40,041 nucleotides of DNA, taken from the IMG/VR virus record IMGVR_UViG_3300046390_000025, positions 1 through 40,041 of that record; one strand, given 5' to 3'. The stretch is from a virus. Positions 39,915 to 40,041 of the stretch are shown in pieces. Numbering within the stretch: the stretch's first letter is position 1; each line of letters begins with the position of its first letter. Under the pieces are notes generated by a model. The model was not told the origin of the DNA. It made no database searches and saw only the letters and a list, made by a program, of their open reading frames with translations. The position numbers were made by a program, and so were the translations under genes.

Positions 39915-40041
39915 ATTCGGCGTAAGTTTGGAGTTGCAATACAGCGCTAAGCTTGAAGCGGCCGGATCTGATACATCTGGCCGTTTCCTTTTATGGGAAA
40001 GCTCCCGATGGCGGAGAACGCATGCTTTTCGGGTGAACTGA
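39915..40041. repeat. Right copy of the exact 127-bp terminal direct repeat
   Basis: Identical to bases 1-127. Confidence 0.95.

Overview
The window is one closed replicon. Bases 1-127 are repeated exactly at 39915-40041, so the unique length is 39,914 bp. This is what a circular or terminally redundant phage genome looks like when an assembler leaves a k-mer overlap. The content is a temperate tailed phage with a podovirus-like layout, and about 90 percent of the coding is on the minus strand.

Modules, following minus-strand transcription from high to low coordinates:
(1) An early/regulatory region (39747-38424) with an excisionase-type HTH and an embedded plus-strand RHH regulator.
(2) A recombination/replication module (38421-32341): AAA_24/Sak4-like ATPase, SSB-like protein ending in DDIPF, Cas4/RecB-like PD-(D/E)XK nuclease, VRR-NUC nuclease, a DnaB N-terminal-domain protein, and a RecA-like (AAA_25-type) ATPase with a C-terminal wHTH.
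(3) A dense GTCCGA/TCGGAC iteron and inverted-repeat array (32202-32331).
(4) Packaging and head genes (31821-22912): TerS-like HTH, three small genes, TerL, six small genes, portal, scaffold and major capsid.
(5) A wall-enzyme/lysis-like cassette (22295-20676).
(6) Two fibre proteins, several virion proteins, a block of Gln/Gly/Ala/Pro-rich low-complexity proteins, and a 1575-aa protein carrying amidase and DPBB/3D-like lysin domains (20654-4007).
(7) A lysogeny/accessory corner: a tyrosine integrase (618-1796), a 46-nt 3-prime half of a tRNA-Gln(UUG) flanked by CTGAACT repeats (candidate attP), and a plus-strand island of an HNH endonuclease and three small membrane proteins (2103-4010).

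No complete tRNA, rRNA, CRISPR array, reverse transcriptase or transposase was seen. I added thirteen CDS calls that do not correspond to an ORF-track call, being shorter than its 60-aa cutoff (eleven absent from the track, two as the 3-prime part of a longer track ORF), and moved several starts to internal ATGs that give ATGA/TGATG coupling with the upstream gene.

The observations I rate highest:
- the HNH nuclease shares the integrase N-terminal arm-binding-like domain and sits across attP from it;
- an M15-like protein appears to have lost all three metal ligands and sits next to a GH75-like enzyme;
- an iteron array;
- neighbouring small genes repeatedly share their first 4-8 codons (MPQT x3, MSNG x2, MKLAKGLR x2);
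- a strongly acidic protein is translationally coupled to TerL;
- a plus-strand intrinsic terminator lies antisense to the replication-gene leader.

All family assignments come from motif recognition by eye and need profile or structure searches.
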